From the NCBI GenBank assembly GCA_963712115.1, contig CAVQGX010000030.1, positions 1-64,000 on the forward strand: DNA of 64,000 nucleotides. Reading direction: 5' to 3'. This DNA comes from an uncultured delta proteobacterium (lineage in GTDB: Bacteria > Desulfobacterota > Syntrophobacteria > BM002). The notes beneath the pieces were generated by a model. That model did not search any database and was not told where the DNA came from. It saw only the letters and a program-made list of their open reading frames with translations. Position 1 is the first letter of the stretch, and each line of letters opens with the position of its first letter. A program made the position numbers and the translations under genes. Positions 61,748-64,000 of the stretch are shown piece after piece.

Positions 61748-62788
61748 CTACCCCTCCATTTCTGAAAGATCCTTAATTTGCTGATGCAACTCTTTGGTCT
61801 TTTCCCTCCTGGCTCGATCACGATCTTTTACCAAACGGAGAAGATTCTCCTCCACCGTGACCAGTTCGCCGTCTGTGGGATCTCTATCCTGAAGATGACC
61901 ATCGATAAGAATCCGGTAGCAACGAATCATCTGGCCGATGAGTGAGACAGGGTACTCGCGCCCCTGGACTTTGAGGGTTTGCAAACCTAAATCAATGTAT
62001 TGCTTCAACTCTTGGCCCTGGATGGCGAAGGCCACGTTAGGCTGTCTACGAATTTTTTCATTAATAGCAGATATTTCATTGGCGCTTTTGCCTTTACGGC
62101 GCATCAATTTTTCTCTCTGGACTTCGGTGAGGAGACAAAAGCGAAAACAGCTCCCACTCCTATCGGGCCAGCCCTCATACTCGACTATCTCGTTGCCGTC
62201 CTCATCCTTGTAGACTTTCTTAACGTATGAGTCGTTGGTAATTTCGTGAAACAGGCAGTTACCCACGCCACCGATGCAGCGATTGCCGTGGATTAGCACT
62301 TCGGTGAGGACCCCGGCTTCGTCAGCCTCTTTTTTGAAATAGGCCAATTTGTCCACCGTATTGATTTCGGTGGAGGCCACAACTTGGGAAGCACCAGCTC
62401 CTCGGTAGTACTCCATTTCCTCTCTAGAACGGATATTACAGCCCACACTGGCGTGAATGACCAGTTCAGGGAAGTCGCGCTTGATGAGCCGCATTAGTTC
62501 AGGGGTCTTGGCAATTACCCCCTCTGCACCCCATTGGGCCCACTTGGTTGCCTTGCCTAGTAAACGAAAGAACTTGTTTTCTGGAATATCAGTGTTAATA
62601 GCTACCCGGATCCTTCCACCATAATCGGCAGCAATACTTATTGCTTCTTTAATCTGGCTATCCTCTAATTCCCAGGCGCATTTTCTTCGACTGAATCCCT
62701 TCGCGCCAACATAGACAGCATCAGCACCATTGGCAAAAACTTCTGCCACCATTTCGAGGCTGCCACCGGGTGCCAGCAACTCATTCAT
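61748..62788 (-). CDS. Peptidase U32-family Fe-S protein
   Basis: [46 protein letters not shown]. Confidence 0.85.
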   Translation of the reverse strand: MNELLAPGGSLEMVAEVFANGADAVYVGAKGFSRRKCAWELEDSQIKEAISIAADYGGRIRVAINTDIPENKFFRLLGKATKWAQWGAEGVIAKTPELMRLIKRDFPELVIHASVGCNIRSREEMEYYRGAGASQVVASTEINTVDKLAYFKKEADEAGVLTEVLIHGNRCIGGVGNCLFHEITNDSYVKKVYKDEDGNEIVEYEGWPDRSGSCFRFCLLTEVQREKLMRRKGKSANEISAINEKIRRQPNVAFAIQGQELKQYIDLGLQTLKVQGREYPVSLIGQMIRCYRILIDGHLQDRDPTDGELVTVEENLLRLVKDRDRARREKTKELHQQIKDLSEMEG

Positions 62789-63055
62789 CTTGCAAGGTCC
62801 TCCTTAATCCTAAAGTTGCTATATTAGAAGGCGGTGATTAAATCGGAGTAAGGTAGCACCAAACATCCCCCATAGCAACCATTTTGAGCTCGTGATAATT
62901 ATAACAATTCTAAAAAATACTGCAACAACTGTCAAAGCATTTTTGTCTTGGGCTTTTACCGGCTCCACCCACAGTTGATATTATAACACGTATAGCATAG
63001 AATTTTTCGGATAGCCCGGCTATTTCTGTCGGCAGCCGTTGGATGAAAAAAGATA

Positions 63056-63091
63056 AAAAAAAGGAGGCGGCCCTCTTTGAGGACCACCTCC
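63056..63091 (-). terminator. Intrinsic terminator
   Basis: GGAGGTGGTCCTC/GAGGGCCGCCTCC followed by T7 on the minus strand. Confidence 0.8.
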
Positions 63092-63124
63092 GAAGCGAAG
63101 GGTAGAAAGTAGCTTAGGGGCAAT

Positions 63125-63433
63125 TTATTTATTCATTACTGCTGCAAGACTAAGGGTGCCTGCATCGGTTCTGAGAATAAGGGTGCGGTCAACCAACTCC
63201 ACCTCTCTCACATTAACCCACCTGCCGTCAAGCAAGACAGTCATAATCGAACCATTCCTGCTAAGACATATAACTTTATGGGCGGCGAGGGTGTCGGAGA
63301 TTATCTTGCTTTCAGAATGGCTTTCCTTTGCGTAGGCTTTCGCACCAAAAGTACCAAGATGAGGACCGTTCACAAAAAAGCTTAGCATGACTAATAGCAC
63401 AGTAAAAGTGAGCAAGAAGCCATTTGTTTTCAC
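63125..63433 (-). CDS. Hypothetical exported protein
   Basis: GAGGAG + GTG; hydrophobic N-terminus; own promoter and terminator. Confidence 0.6.
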   Translation of the reverse strand: MKTNGFLLTFTVLLVMLSFFVNGPHLGTFGAKAYAKESHSESKIISDTLAAHKVICLSRNGSIMTVLLDGRWVNVREVELVDRTLILRTDAGTLSLAAVMNK

Positions 63434-63467
63434 ATTGCTCTCCTCTTTGATATTTTCCTGATTATCA

Positions 63468-63483
63468 AGCAAGCCACATGCCA
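63468..63483 (-). promoter_or_regulatory. Sigma54 promoter
   Basis: TGGCATGTGGCTTGCT. Confidence 0.65.
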
Positions 63484-63750
63484 AGGATGTAAAGGAGGGA
63501 TAGTGCCAGCAAAGGTTATACTCAGAGGTGGTCAAATAGTTGGTGAGAAGAAAAAGTCAAGATAAATTGATAAGTTAAGAATGAGGTTAACAGGCTTGTT
63601 CTGGTCTTGGCATTCACTAGAAGGAGGAAAGACCAAACCACTTTGGTGCACAGAGAGATACCAAAGGTATTTTTTTGTGCATCTCAGGAGAAATTGAGAC
63701 CTAATAATTATAATGGGTTTTTGGGATAATTTTCTAATTCTTGTGCAAGG

Positions 63751-64000
63751 TTATTCTACGAATTCTGCTTTGCCGCTCAGCCACATGAAGTAGGTAAGGA
63801 CCTCAACGTCCGGGAAGAGGGATTTGAGCATAGCCCTTGCACTTTTTAGATCGTCTCGATGGATGGCGAGTTCCTCTTCGCTGTCCGGGACATCCTCTAG
63901 ACCATAGGCCCCGCAGTCCTCGTGATTAATGAGGTAGAACCGGCGCACCCCATGGAGATCATATGAGACATTTAGCATTTCCAACAAAAAGTCACGATCT
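63751..64000 (-). CDS. Beta-carbonic-anhydrase-like protein, 5' end outside the window
   Basis: LHG..LINHEDCGAYG motif. Confidence 0.65.
   Translation of the reverse strand, partial: DRDFLLEMLNVSYDLHGVRRFYLINHEDCGAYGLEDVPDSEEELAIHRDDLKSARAMLKSLFPDVEVLTYFMWLSGKAEFVE

Overview
Chromosomal window from an anaerobic deltaproteobacterium (Desulfobacterota-like, inferred from gene content; about 49% GC by eye). At least five genes carry single-base frameshifts, probably long-read consensus errors. Housekeeping content: cysE-cysK, a DUF39/NIL-ferredoxin homocysteine pathway, glgB plus a GH57, uxs, galE, an aminotransferase, pilT/pilU, hisB, thrC, a queuosine-salvage hydrolase, rpoE/anti-sigma and three tRNAs. 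Mobile content: one IS1202-family element with 17-bp target repeats, two IS1111-type copies, several MITE families and many heptamer/octamer palindromic repeats. Most notable: (1) a probable selenocysteine-containing membrane PP2C/SpoIIE phosphatase (YGGQV-UGA-PF with a SECIS-like hairpin) divergent from an unusual ABC transporter/cNMP/anti-sigma/STAS operon; (2) a CysK fused to a catalytically degenerate CysRS that keeps its anticodon-binding domain; (3) an IS1111 whose non-coding region carries guide-like segments matching the heptamer repeats in which both copies sit; (4) a Cys-rich leader peptide upstream of cysE-cysK; (5) an uncharacterised CsgG/FlgT/LPP20/SLH/FN3 envelope cluster next to pilTU; (6) two orphan sRNA candidates.
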